Under the pieces are notes generated by a model, which was not told where the DNA came from, searched no databases, and worked only from the letters and a program-made list of their open reading frames with translations. Position numbers and translations under genes: made by a program. Positions 54,833 through 63,574 of a stretch of 64,000 bases of DNA are shown here, piece by piece (the first letter of the stretch is position 1; every line of letters begins with the position of its first letter). This stretch comes from Thermoplasmata archaeon (lineage in GTDB: Archaea; Thermoplasmatota; Thermoplasmata; Lutacidiplasmatales; UBA184), in assembly GCA_035499455.1 (NCBI GenBank), contig DATJYS010000005.1, forward strand, positions 551,348-615,347, read 5' to 3'.

Positions 54833-54849
54833 TCTATGGTATCCATAGA
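54833..54849. promoter_or_regulatory. perfect palindrome TCTATGG-TAT-CCATAGA: putative autoregulatory operator/promoter of the toxin-antitoxin operon
   Basis: 7-3-7 inverted repeat 7 nt upstream of the antitoxin start, overlapping an AT-rich TATA-like stretch (GATATCTAT on the minus strand). Confidence 0.5.
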
Positions 54850-55077
54850 TATCACCGTTTCGCAGCGCGGCTCTTGGTCAATGGCCTGTCCTCCCCGGCT
54901 GCCTCCCCGGTGGCCAGCGAACTACCCCAGTCAGAAATCGCCGCGCGGCGTCATGCCCCCATCTATCGGACCGCACCTGCCCCCTAAGGACTCGAATGGA
55001 TCGACGAGTCGAACTACGCCCAAGACTCCAAGAGCCCGCCTTGGTTAGATTCAAGGCACACTACAGGTCTCATCAAC

Positions 55078-55581
55078 ATGGACGCCCAACAGACCTCCAC
55101 TAACGGAAAAATCCGGGCCTCCATGACCGAGGTACGTGTTCGGCTCGGAGCATTCGGCTGCGCGCTGGGGGCGGTCATGTCCGCGCTCTTTGTGCGGGTG
55201 TTTTACCCGTCGTTCTCTCCGTCCGTCTGGGGTCTGATCGCGTCTGGCTGGATAGGGACGATCCTGGGATGCTGGCTTTTACAACGTGACATTGCAGCGT
55301 ACGTCGAAGTCAGCGAGGCCGGCGTGACACTCGGATCTCCACGCCCCCGACCGGGCAGGGCGAATCATGTCCTCATTCCTTGGAAGGGCTTCAGGATGCT
55401 CGGCGCAAACAAACTGAATGTTCGGCTTGGAATCTTTCCATTCATCACCTCGGACCCATACCTGCCAGTGAATCTGACATACAGGCAGGCGAGAGCGGTC
55501 ATGAGTCACCCTTTGTTCCCGATCAAGGAGCGACCACCCTGGCTAGTTGCTCGACTCGGTCTACGGGGGCCGACCTACTGA
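55078..55581 (+). CDS. membrane protein with two TM helices and a bacterial PH-like (bPH_2/DUF304-like) domain
   Basis: 167-aa ORF in the lower-GC island. Family assignment is tentative. Confidence 0.4.
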   Translation: MDAQQTSTNGKIRASMTEVRVRLGAFGCALGAVMSALFVRVFYPSFSPSVWGLIASGWIGTILGCWLLQRDIAAYVEVSEAGVTLGSPRPRPGRANHVLIPWKGFRMLGANKLNVRLGIFPFITSDPYLPVNLTYRQARAVMSHPLFPIKERPPWLVARLGLRGPTY

Positions 55582-55923
55582 AGGTTCAACAACCAAGTCC
55601 GTCCGGGATTGAGATCTTCGCTCACGTGAGGGTCCTATCCTGAGTTGCATCTACGTCCTTCGGTTCATCGGTGAGCACGGTCGTATCCCCGCGGGGCAGA
55701 ACGGCTACGGGCAAGTTGCACTTTGTGTTGGCTGCTGTGCCGGTCCGGAGGCAATTGAATCCCGAGGTGAACTGCTACTACGGGATTGACCTGGAGGCGA
55801 AGCGACCCCGAGAGTGCCAGCGAATCCCGACCCTTCCTTACAGAGGCCAAGTTTAGAATGCCGCCACTCCCGAGCGTCTTTTGAATGGGGCTGCCCCAGC
55901 AGCATCGGAACCGAACTTTCCGA

Positions 55924-55944
55924 CGATACCCTCCCTCGGCTGGA
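55924..55944 (+). repeat. direct repeat copy 2 of the tRNA-Cys 3' end (att-like)
   Basis: CGATACCCTCCCTCGGCTGGA against tRNA CGATTCCCTCCCTCGGCTGGA. One mismatch over 21 nt. Confidence 0.7.
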
Positions 55945-56449
55945 ATTCATCAACGCGTCGCCGCGGCGGGATGCTCGAGCCTTCCGAAGGAGCAGCGAAC
56001 GACGCACGGTCCTCGCGACCGCCCTAGGGCGCGATCGCGTACGATTGACCCCATCGACCGGACGCTGCGTCCGAAAGGGGATGGGTCTCCAGCGTGCTCT
56101 CGTGGAGCGGCCCATACGTCCTCTGGCCCAGCCGCTCCGCTACCTACCGCATCCCGGTCCAGGTGCGCCGGTTGCCAGGCGCTCGGAGATTCCGTCAACG
56201 AACGTCCTTCCCATTGCTGGGCTTTGACGGTCAGATCTCCCTCGATCGTCGCCGCTTCTCGGTACGCTTCCGCGAGTGTCTCGGGAACTCGGCTTCTTCG
56301 AACGCTCGATGGCGCCTCCGCCGAACCCGTCTCACCCCGTCTCAAGAAGGACGAATGGCCCGAACCCCGGAAGCTCGAGCCGCGAGTCGGCGCGCTTGGA
56401 GCACAATCGAAATGTAGTGATGGCTAATTATTAGGACGACCTATTTATA

Positions 56450-56902
56450 ATGCCCGGCCGTGGGGGGCGCATGGAGCCGCTCCAGAAGCTGACCCGTCGA
56501 CAAGTCGAGACCCTGCAAAGCATTCGGCTCCTCGAAACACCGGAGCGGGGCGCACCGCTGAAGCGGATCGCGGCATCGATGCATGTCAGCGCCCCGTCGG
56601 CGTTGGGCCACGTTACTCCGCTCGAGGGGCTCGGACTGGTCGAACGATATCGGGGGAAAAGTCGCCTCACGGCCCGGGGGCGCGGGACGCTTCTCGAGTA
56701 TCAACGACATCACCGCGTCGCAGAGAGCATGTTCGGTCGTCTCGGGCTCCCTCCTTCCGAGACCTGCGCCGCGGCGCGCGAGATCGATCTCGCGATCTCC
56801 CACCGCACCGTCGAGGACGTGTGCCGGGCGCAGGCCCACCCGACGACGTGTCCTCACGGTGAGCCGATTCCAGCGTGTTCTAGCGACCAGGGAGGTCACT
56901 GA
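56450..56902 (+). CDS. DtxR/MntR-family metal-dependent transcriptional repressor
   Basis: N-terminal winged HTH (LTRRQVETLQSIRLL...LKRIAASMHVSAPSALGHV) followed by a dimerisation/metal-binding domain. Confidence 0.65.
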   Translation: MPGRGGRMEPLQKLTRRQVETLQSIRLLETPERGAPLKRIAASMHVSAPSALGHVTPLEGLGLVERYRGKSRLTARGRGTLLEYQRHHRVAESMFGRLGLPPSETCAAAREIDLAISHRTVEDVCRAQAHPTTCPHGEPIPACSSDQGGH

Positions 56903-56904
56903 CG

Positions 56905-58116
56905 ATGGCGGCCAACACCCCTCCCCCGGGAGAACTCGACCCGGCGTCGTCCGCGCCCTTCGGAGGGAGTCCGCCGGGCACGACATCCCCGGGCGCCGGC
57001 GCTCGCCGAAAGTCCGGCCGAAAGGCCATGTCGACGATGACGATTGTCGGGATCGTGGCGGTCATCGCCATCCTCGTCGGGAGCGCGACCGCGTACGAAC
57101 TTTTGACCAGCAAGGCCCCCGGCAACCCCTGCGCCGCCTTCACGCCCCAGCAGCTCGGCGCGGACCCCACGGCGGGTCAAGTCTCGGGCAACACGACCCC
57201 GAACTACGCGATCGCGACCACCCTCACGAACGGGCCCCTCCAAACGGTGCCCAATGGCACAACGATCCAAGTGGTCGCGGGGGAGAACTTCTGGGGGAGT
57301 CTCATCAGTCAGCTGGGCGGGAACCTGACGACGGTGCTCAGCATTGTGAGCGACCCGAACGCCGACCCGCATGACTACGAGGCGAACCCCGCGGATGCGG
57401 CCGCGATTGCCCACGCGAATCTCGTGGTCGTCAACGGGGTCGGCTATGACGATTGGGCGCTCCAGCTGATCTCGTCGTCGGACAGTGCGGGGCAGGAAGT
57501 ATTGAACGTCGGCCACCTGAACGGCGTCTATGTCACGGGTGGAATCGTCACGGGCAATGAACACCAGTGGTACAACCCGCTCTACGTGAACCACACGCTG
57601 CTGGCGATGTACTACGATCTCGTCGCCCTCCAACCGGAGTCGAAGGCGATTTTCCAGCACAACTTCGCCAACCTCAACACCTCCGCGGGCGCCGGTGGAG
57701 GGGTCTCGATCGACCAGCTCTACGCCCGCGCCCACCAGATCAAAGAGGAGTTCGCCGGCACGGCCGTGGTCTCCACCGAGAGCATCTTCGTCTACCTTGC
57801 CAACTACACCGGACTCGACCTGATTTCTCCCCCGGAGTTCATGGAGGCGATCGCGGAAGGGAACGATCCGCCCGCGGCCAGCGTTGCGTTGTTCGAGTGT
57901 CAGATCGAGGGCGGGTACGTGCATGTGCTCGTGTACAACATCCAGACGGTGACCCCGATCACGACCATCCTCGAGGGGCTCGCGGGAGAGCACAACGTGA
58001 CGAGCACTTACGTGAGCGAGACGATCCAGCCCCCCGACACGAGCTTCCAGGACTGGATGTACGGGGAGTACAACAGCCTCTACAACGCGCTCAACGCGAG
58101 ACAGTTGGGAATGTGA
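56905..58116 (+). CDS. metal (Mn/Zn/Fe) ABC transporter substrate-binding protein, TroA/ZnuA cluster A-I type, with N-terminal membrane anchor
   Basis: DPHDYEANPADA matches the DPHxWxxP motif of ZnuA/TroA. N-terminal TM segment MSTMTIVGIVAVIAILVG. Many N-x-S/T sequons. Confidence 0.75.
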   Translation: MAANTPPPGELDPASSAPFGGSPPGTTSPGAGARRKSGRKAMSTMTIVGIVAVIAILVGSATAYELLTSKAPGNPCAAFTPQQLGADPTAGQVSGNTTPNYAIATTLTNGPLQTVPNGTTIQVVAGENFWGSLISQLGGNLTTVLSIVSDPNADPHDYEANPADAAAIAHANLVVVNGVGYDDWALQLISSSDSAGQEVLNVGHLNGVYVTGGIVTGNEHQWYNPLYVNHTLLAMYYDLVALQPESKAIFQHNFANLNTSAGAGGGVSIDQLYARAHQIKEEFAGTAVVSTESIFVYLANYTGLDLISPPEFMEAIAEGNDPPAASVALFECQIEGGYVHVLVYNIQTVTPITTILEGLAGEHNVTSTYVSETIQPPDTSFQDWMYGEYNSLYNALNARQLGM

Positions 58117-58122
58117 CCGCGA

Positions 58123-59010
58123 GTGGACGCTGAGTTTCCCCTCCACCCTCCGGTCTACCGATCGCCGGAGGGTGGCCCCGCCGTGGGCGGCCCGACCTCG
58201 ATCAGCGCGGAGCGCGTGGAGGTGCGGTATCGGAACAAGCTCGTATGGAAGGATGCGACGTTCGACATCCGACCCGGCGAGTTCGTCGCGGTCATCGGCC
58301 CGAACGGAGCGGGGAAGACAACGCTCTTCCGGATGCTGCTCGGGCTCCACTGGCCGTCGAGCGGCGCGCTGACGGTCTTCGGCGCCCGCCCCCGCCGCGG
58401 GAACTATCGCATCGGCTATGTCCCGCAACGGCACACGCTCGACAAGGAGACCCACCTCGAGTGCGACAAGCTCGTGCGCCTGGCCTATCCGGGGACCCGG
58501 TGGGGTCCGGGGAAACGCTGGCGGCCCTTGCAGTGGGGTCCCCGATTCAACCTGGCGGCGGAACGCGACGCGGCCGCGCAGGCGCTCGAGGACGTCGGGG
58601 CGCCCGACCTCGGGACCAAAGCGCTGGGCGCGCTCTCCGGCGGAGAGCTTCAGCGGATCTTCCTCGCCGAAGCGTTGGTGGGCAACCCGGACATGCTCCT
58701 GTTGGACGAGCCACTTTCTAACCTGGACCTGCGCCGGAGCCGGGAACTGGTCGAGACGATCCACGGGGTGGTCCGCTCCCGCGGGGTGACGACCCTCCTC
58801 GTCGCGCACGACATCAACCCGATGATCAAGTGTCTGAACAAAGTGATCTACATCGCCAACGGCAAGGTCGCCGTGGGGACCCCGGACGACGTCCTCACCT
58901 CGGCGCGACTGTCGGAACTGTACGGGGTCCCCGTGGAAGTGCTCCACGATTCCCGGGGCAACATCGTGATCGTCGGCGGAGAGGACGATCGCGGCGAGGA
59001 GGGCGCATGA
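58123..59010 (+). CDS. metal ABC transporter ATP-binding protein (ZnuC/TroB-like)
   Basis: Walker A (GPNGAGKTT), signature (LSGGELQR), Walker B (LLLDEP). Confidence 0.8.
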   Translation: MDAEFPLHPPVYRSPEGGPAVGGPTSISAERVEVRYRNKLVWKDATFDIRPGEFVAVIGPNGAGKTTLFRMLLGLHWPSSGALTVFGARPRRGNYRIGYVPQRHTLDKETHLECDKLVRLAYPGTRWGPGKRWRPLQWGPRFNLAAERDAAAQALEDVGAPDLGTKALGALSGGELQRIFLAEALVGNPDMLLLDEPLSNLDLRRSRELVETIHGVVRSRGVTTLLVAHDINPMIKCLNKVIYIANGKVAVGTPDDVLTSARLSELYGVPVEVLHDSRGNIVIVGGEDDRGEEGA

Positions 59011-60497
59011 GCGGCGGGGGATGGAGTGGGATTCCCTGGAGTTGGAACCTGTTCACCGACATTCGGCTCCTCTGGTCGTACGAATTCATGCGCAATGCGA
59101 TCGAGGCCGGGACGATCATCGCGATCCTCGCCGGCATCATCGGCTACTTTGTGGTCCTCCGCCGTTCGGCCTTTGCCAGCCACGCGCTGGGCCATACCGG
59201 ATTCTCGGGGGCTGCGGCCGCGGTCCTCGTGGGGGTCCAGCCGGTGTACGGTCTGCTGATCTTTACGATGGCGACCGGGAGCGGGATGGCCGTCCTGGGA
59301 AACCGAGCGTCGAGTAGAGATGTCGAGATCGGCACGGTGCTCGCCTTCGCCCTGGGACTCGGACTGCTGTTCCTCAGCCTCTACCGCGGGTACGCCCAGG
59401 AGGCGTACTCGATCCTCTTCGGGGAGGTGCTGGGCATCAGCACCGCCCAGGTCGCCTTCACGTTCTGGTCGAGCCTCTTGGTCCTGGCGCTCCTGACGCT
59501 CATCTACCGCCCGCTCCTGTTCTCCTCGCTGGACGAAGATGTCGCGGAGGCGAAGGGAATGCCCCTGTTGCTCCTCAACCTCGCGTTCATGCTCGTCCTC
59601 GCCGTGGCGATCTCCTTTGCCGTCCAGATCATCGGCGTCCTGCTGATCTTTGCGTTGATGGTGACGCCCGCGGCCATCGCCGTGCGGTTGACCTCGCGAT
59701 CCCTCTGGGCCGTGATCGTCTCCGTGTTCGTGGCCGTCACCGCCGTCTGGGCAGGACTGTTCGTCGCGCTGTGGACGAACTACCCGGCGAGCTTCTTCAT
59801 CGTGGGCATCATCTTCGTGGAGTACGTGTGCGTCCGGGGCGTGGGCTCCCTGCGGGAGACGGCCCTCCTGCAGGGGGTCGAAGCCCCCGAAGGCGACGGG
59901 GTGCGATCGCTCCGGAACGCGTCCCTCATCGCCTCGGTCTCCCAGGTCTTGTTCGTCGTTGGGGCCGCCCTACTGACCCTGGCGCTCCTCGCGCATCCGG
60001 GGGGGGCCTGGGACCCCGGTCAGCTCTACGCGCGAGCGTCGTGGGCGATCCTCGCTCTCGCGTCGGCGGGGATCCTCGGAGCGGCCGCCTCCCTCCTGTA
60101 CTTCTCCGGCTTTCGGAAGATGTCCACGGCCTCGCGGGAGTTCATCAACCCGGCGTTCCTCACGCTCGTAGGCCTTCTCGGGATCGCCCTCACCGCCGGG
60201 GGGCTCGGCCTCTTCCTCTCGGGAGTGGCCCTCGCCGCCTCCGCCTACGGGCTCGCTCCCGTGGCCGAGCTGTTCGGCGTTCCGCTGGTCTTCCTGGGGG
60301 CGATTCTTTCCGTGGTCGGCCTCGTCGGCCAGGCCGTGGGAAGCTGGCGGATGGGACTGCGATACCAGGAGCGCGCGCTCCGGACCGGCGCGGTCCTCAT
60401 GGTCCTCCCGCTCGTGGGCTACGGGGTGACGTACCTCGGCTATCGACGGGCGCTCGCGCGCGGTCCGGCCCCCCCGCAGTCGGGCCCGCTCGAGTAG
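59007..60497 (+). CDS. metal ABC transporter permease (ABC-3/ZnuB-TroC family) with about 200-aa additional C-terminal membrane domain
   Basis: Its ATG overlaps the ATPase TGA (ATGA). The first ~290 aa resemble ABC-3 permeases. The remainder adds at least five predicted TM helices. Confidence 0.7.
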   Translation: MSGGGWSGIPWSWNLFTDIRLLWSYEFMRNAIEAGTIIAILAGIIGYFVVLRRSAFASHALGHTGFSGAAAAVLVGVQPVYGLLIFTMATGSGMAVLGNRASSRDVEIGTVLAFALGLGLLFLSLYRGYAQEAYSILFGEVLGISTAQVAFTFWSSLLVLALLTLIYRPLLFSSLDEDVAEAKGMPLLLLNLAFMLVLAVAISFAVQIIGVLLIFALMVTPAAIAVRLTSRSLWAVIVSVFVAVTAVWAGLFVALWTNYPASFFIVGIIFVEYVCVRGVGSLRETALLQGVEAPEGDGVRSLRNASLIASVSQVLFVVGAALLTLALLAHPGGAWDPGQLYARASWAILALASAGILGAAASLLYFSGFRKMSTASREFINPAFLTLVGLLGIALTAGGLGLFLSGVALAASAYGLAPVAELFGVPLVFLGAILSVVGLVGQAVGSWRMGLRYQERALRTGAVLMVLPLVGYGVTYLGYRRALARGPAPPQSGPLE

Positions 60498-60670
60498 CGG
60501 CTCGGACGTGCCCCGGTGCCGCGCCGCGCGGCATGCACGGTCGGAGCCAACCGCGGGTCGAATCGCAGAAGAGCCGTGGGTCGCCTATCGAGAGGGCCCC
60601 CCGGCTCGACCGAAATCGCGGCGGCCCAATGCGGGACGCTCGGGGCCGTGTTCGGAGACGAACGTTTCGA

Positions 60671-60690
60671 CGATTCCCTCCCTCGGCTGG
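60671..60690 (+). repeat. direct repeat copy 3 of the tRNA-Cys 3' end (att-like)
   Basis: Exact 20-nt match to 54282..54301. Confidence 0.75.
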
Positions 60691-60818
60691 TGTTTCTCCC
60701 CGGATTCTGGAGAGCCCACGCCGCAGCGTTCCCGCGGCGGTCCGGGTGCTCCCGCTTCCTCCCCAAAGCTCGCATGGGGGCAGGGCTCCCGGAACCGGGT
60801 GGGAGTCCGGAACGGAGA

Positions 60819-61223
60819 TCAGCCCGCCGTAGAATGAGCTCTCAACTCCAGCACCGCTCCCACGCTCCCGAGTACGACCAGAGTTCCGAGCGTGATGTAG
60901 AGGACCGAGACCCAGAGGGGAAGACCACCTCCTACCTCGAGACTCGGCCGAGCGCTCACGACGATCCGAAGCCCCACGCCCACGACCCCCAACGCCGCGG
61001 CGCCGGCAAACCCCCAGACGCTGCGTCGCCAGCAGAGGACGAGGCACGTCACGATCAGAACGACGATCGGCGCGACCACGACCACCGCGAGGAGCCGAAC
61101 CGGCGGGAGCGTTTCGGCGACGGTGATCGCGAGGGCCGTGATCACGGCCGCTAAGTACAGGCCGAGGAGCACGAACGCCGCACGCATGCGCGAGGAGAGT
61201 GGCTCGACGGGTCCCATGGGCAC
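60819..61223 (-). CDS. small membrane protein (about 4 TM), hypothetical
   Basis: 134-aa hydrophobic ORF. Confidence 0.35.
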   Translation of the reverse strand: MPMGPVEPLSSRMRAAFVLLGLYLAAVITALAITVAETLPPVRLLAVVVVAPIVVLIVTCLVLCWRRSVWGFAGAAALGVVGVGLRIVVSARPSLEVGGGLPLWVSVLYITLGTLVVLGSVGAVLELRAHSTAG

Positions 61224-61393
61224 AGAACCAGCCCACCCACCTGCGTACCTTAACGAGCATCGGTCCGGACGGAGGCCGGGGCGGTCGGTCGTGCCGACGG
61301 TCTTCTGGGGTCGAGGAGGAGCCGGGGGAGCCGCCGGCGCGCCAGTGTCGCGCGGGGCCCCGATGCGAAACTATGGCGGGAGAGGAGTGCGCG

Positions 61394-61801
61394 TCAGACG
61401 CGCTGGCCGAATCTCCACCCCTTCTTGTCGATGACGTCGAAGAGATTGCCGTCGGGGTCGCTCAGTGTGACAAAGTCGTGCGCTTCGTCCGCCGGTCGCT
61501 TCACCGTCGCTCCGATACGGAGGAGGCGCTGGACCTCAGCGTCGGGATCGGACGAGTAGAGGTCCAGGTGGATCCGGTAGTCGTCCAACGGCCCCTCTGT
61601 GGTCCGGGAGAGGGAGAGATTGGGTCCCTGGCCCTCGGGGTCTTTGAGGACGACGCCGTCCGCTTCGGGCGGATCCCGGGGGACGTAGTGAAGCGCCTCC
61701 TGCCAAAAGGCGATCATACGGGGAAGATCGGTGCAGTCCACGACGATCGAGCCGACCCAGATTCGACCGGTCTCCCCCGACGAGGATCGCGCGCTCGACA
61801 T
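61394..61801 (-). CDS. VOC/glyoxalase-family protein
   Basis: GSIVVDCTDLPRMIAFWQEAL and DPDGNLFDV are typical VOC beta-alpha-beta-beta-beta elements. Start is placed at Met 61801. Confidence 0.55.
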   Translation of the reverse strand: MSSARSSSGETGRIWVGSIVVDCTDLPRMIAFWQEALHYVPRDPPEADGVVLKDPEGQGPNLSLSRTTEGPLDDYRIHLDLYSSDPDAEVQRLLRIGATVKRPADEAHDFVTLSDPDGNLFDVIDKKGWRFGQRV

Positions 61802-62077
61802 CGCTCCGTCCTGCGAGCGGCCGACACGTGCCACCTAGAAGAGCGCCTCGCAGAGAGGGCCCGAAGGGAAGGGGTCGTGTACCCGCTCGAAGGTTCCGCA
61901 AGAACGCCCGATCTCGTTACTGGAGGCTAGGCGTCGTTCACGGCCGCGAATCCGAAGGAGTCCGTCGTGGCCGATCCGCCCTGGGCCGGCAGCTCTCGGC
62001 GAAGCGTGCTCAGCCATGGGCGGGAGCGTCAGATACTCCGTCCCCTCGCATCCAGGGCCACGGCCCTTTGAATGAGT

Positions 62078-62353
62078 TCACGAACTGCGGGGGGAGCCGG
62101 CGTGGGCGACGCTCGTGATCTTCACGTGGCGCAGGGACTTCCCGGTGCCCTCCACGATGGAGAAGGACCGGGCGAGCTCCGCCCCTCGCCAAAGTCCGAG
62201 ATTGAGGTGGTCCGAATAGACCATCAAGCAGAAGACAAGGTTGCGCCCTCGCCAGTTGGGAGCGTTCCACTTCACGCACTCCTCGAGGTCCGGCGCGAGC
62301 GTATGGATCGCCCGCGGGAGCGCGCGGGCGATTCGTTGCATTTCGGCGGGCAT
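62078..62353 (-). CDS. DUF1801 (YdhG-like) domain protein, short
   Basis: VKWNAPNW...NLVFCLMVYSDHLNLGLWRG resembles DUF1801. Start is placed at Met 62353. Confidence 0.35.
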   Translation of the reverse strand: MPAEMQRIARALPRAIHTLAPDLEECVKWNAPNWRGRNLVFCLMVYSDHLNLGLWRGAELARSFSIVEGTGKSLRHVKITSVAHAGSPRSS

Positions 62354-62527
62354 CCCGCCGATGATCGAGTCCACTCCGGAGTCCCTGTTGCCGGAACGCG
62401 ACACGGACTCCGAACCGCACCCCCTCACTTCATGCCGGGGAGACGCCGGACTCGAACGCGGCGCGCTGAGATCCACTCGACGAGATCAACCTGAAGACGT
62501 TTTCATGGAAGCGAGCTCGGGTGGGCC

Positions 62528-63574
62528 GTGGCCGAGAGCCAGCCGCCGGACACGGTCATCGATGCCCAGGACCTCCGCATGGTCTACCCGCCCGCCAAGT
62601 CGGGGGGAACCGGAACGGTCGCCGTCGATGGCGTGAGCTTTCAGGTGCACCGGGGCGAGATCTTCGGGCTCCTGGGGCCGAACGGCGCGGGCAAGACGAC
62701 GACGATATCGATCCTGACCACGCTCATCAAGGCGACCGCCGGGCACGCTCGCATCGAGGGGATCGACGTGCTCGAACGTCCCCACGATGTGCGGCGGAAG
62801 ATCGGTCTCGTCTTCCAGAAGTCGACGGCCGACGAGGAGCTCACGGGTCGGGAGAATCTGAGCATCGAAGCCGGACTCTACGGGCTCTCCGGGGCCGGGA
62901 TCGCGTCGCACGCGACCGAGCTGCTGAACCAGATGGACCTCGGCTCGTTCGCGGACCGCCTGGTGAAGACGTACTCCGGGGGGATGCGCCGCCGGCTCGA
63001 GCTCGCCGTCGGGATCGTCCACAATCCCCGCCTGCTCTTCTTGGATGAGCCCACGCTCGGGCTGGACCCGCAGGGCCGCGCGGGGTTCTGGCGGTACATC
63101 CGCTCCCTCCGGGAGGGCAAGGGGCTGACCGTGCTGATGACGACGCACTACCTGGACGAGGCGGACCAGCTCTGCGACCGGATCGCCGTCGTCGACCACG
63201 GCAAGATCATCGCGCTCGGAGCCCCGAAGGAGCTCAAGGAGAGCCTCGGAGGGGACACGCTCGAGCTCTCGGTGGGGGCCGGGGCCGCGGATCCCACGCC
63301 GGTGTTGAAGGCCCTCCCGGGCGTGACGACCGTTGCGCGCAAGGGGGACACCTACCGGGTGAAGTGCTCCAACGGACAGTCGCTCGTCCCCAAGGCGGTG
63401 ATGGCCGCCGCCCAGGCCGGAGTGGACATCACCGGGGCGACCGTGATCACGCCGACGTTGGACGAGGTGTTCCTGGAGCTCACCGGACGCTCCTATCGGG
63501 AAGAGGGAGACGTACCGGATCGGGAGGACGGTTCCGAAAGCGAGCCGGCTCCGGCGACCGGAGGGGCGGCATGA
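62528..63574 (+). CDS. ABC transporter ATP-binding protein (ABC-2/DrrA-like)
   Basis: Walker A (GPNGAGKTT), signature (YSGGMRRR), Walker B (LFLDEP). GTG start at 62528. Confidence 0.8.
   Translation: MAESQPPDTVIDAQDLRMVYPPAKSGGTGTVAVDGVSFQVHRGEIFGLLGPNGAGKTTTISILTTLIKATAGHARIEGIDVLERPHDVRRKIGLVFQKSTADEELTGRENLSIEAGLYGLSGAGIASHATELLNQMDLGSFADRLVKTYSGGMRRRLELAVGIVHNPRLLFLDEPTLGLDPQGRAGFWRYIRSLREGKGLTVLMTTHYLDEADQLCDRIAVVDHGKIIALGAPKELKESLGGDTLELSVGAGAADPTPVLKALPGVTTVARKGDTYRVKCSNGQSLVPKAVMAAAQAGVDITGATVITPTLDEVFLELTGRSYREEGDVPDREDGSESEPAPATGGAA

Larger units (their letters stand above)
54300..55944. mobile_element. integrated element or remnant 1 (about 1.6 kb) at the tRNA-Cys 3' end, bounded by direct repeats of the tRNA 3' terminus
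   Basis: tRNA 3' end CGATTCCCTCCCTCGGCTGGA (54282..54302) recurs at 55924..55944 with 20 of 21 nt identical. GC content is about 57% against about 70% for the flanks. Cargo: RelE/ParE toxin-antitoxin pair and a bacterial-PH-domain membrane protein. No integrase. Confidence 0.55.
55945..60690. mobile_element. integrated element or genomic island 2 (about 4.7 kb), bounded by direct repeat copies 2 and 3
   Basis: Exact 20-nt copy CGATTCCCTCCCTCGGCTGG at 60671..60690. Cargo: DtxR-family regulator plus metal ABC importer. GC content about 60-63%. An 868-nt region (55582..56449) has no credible ORF. Confidence 0.55.
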
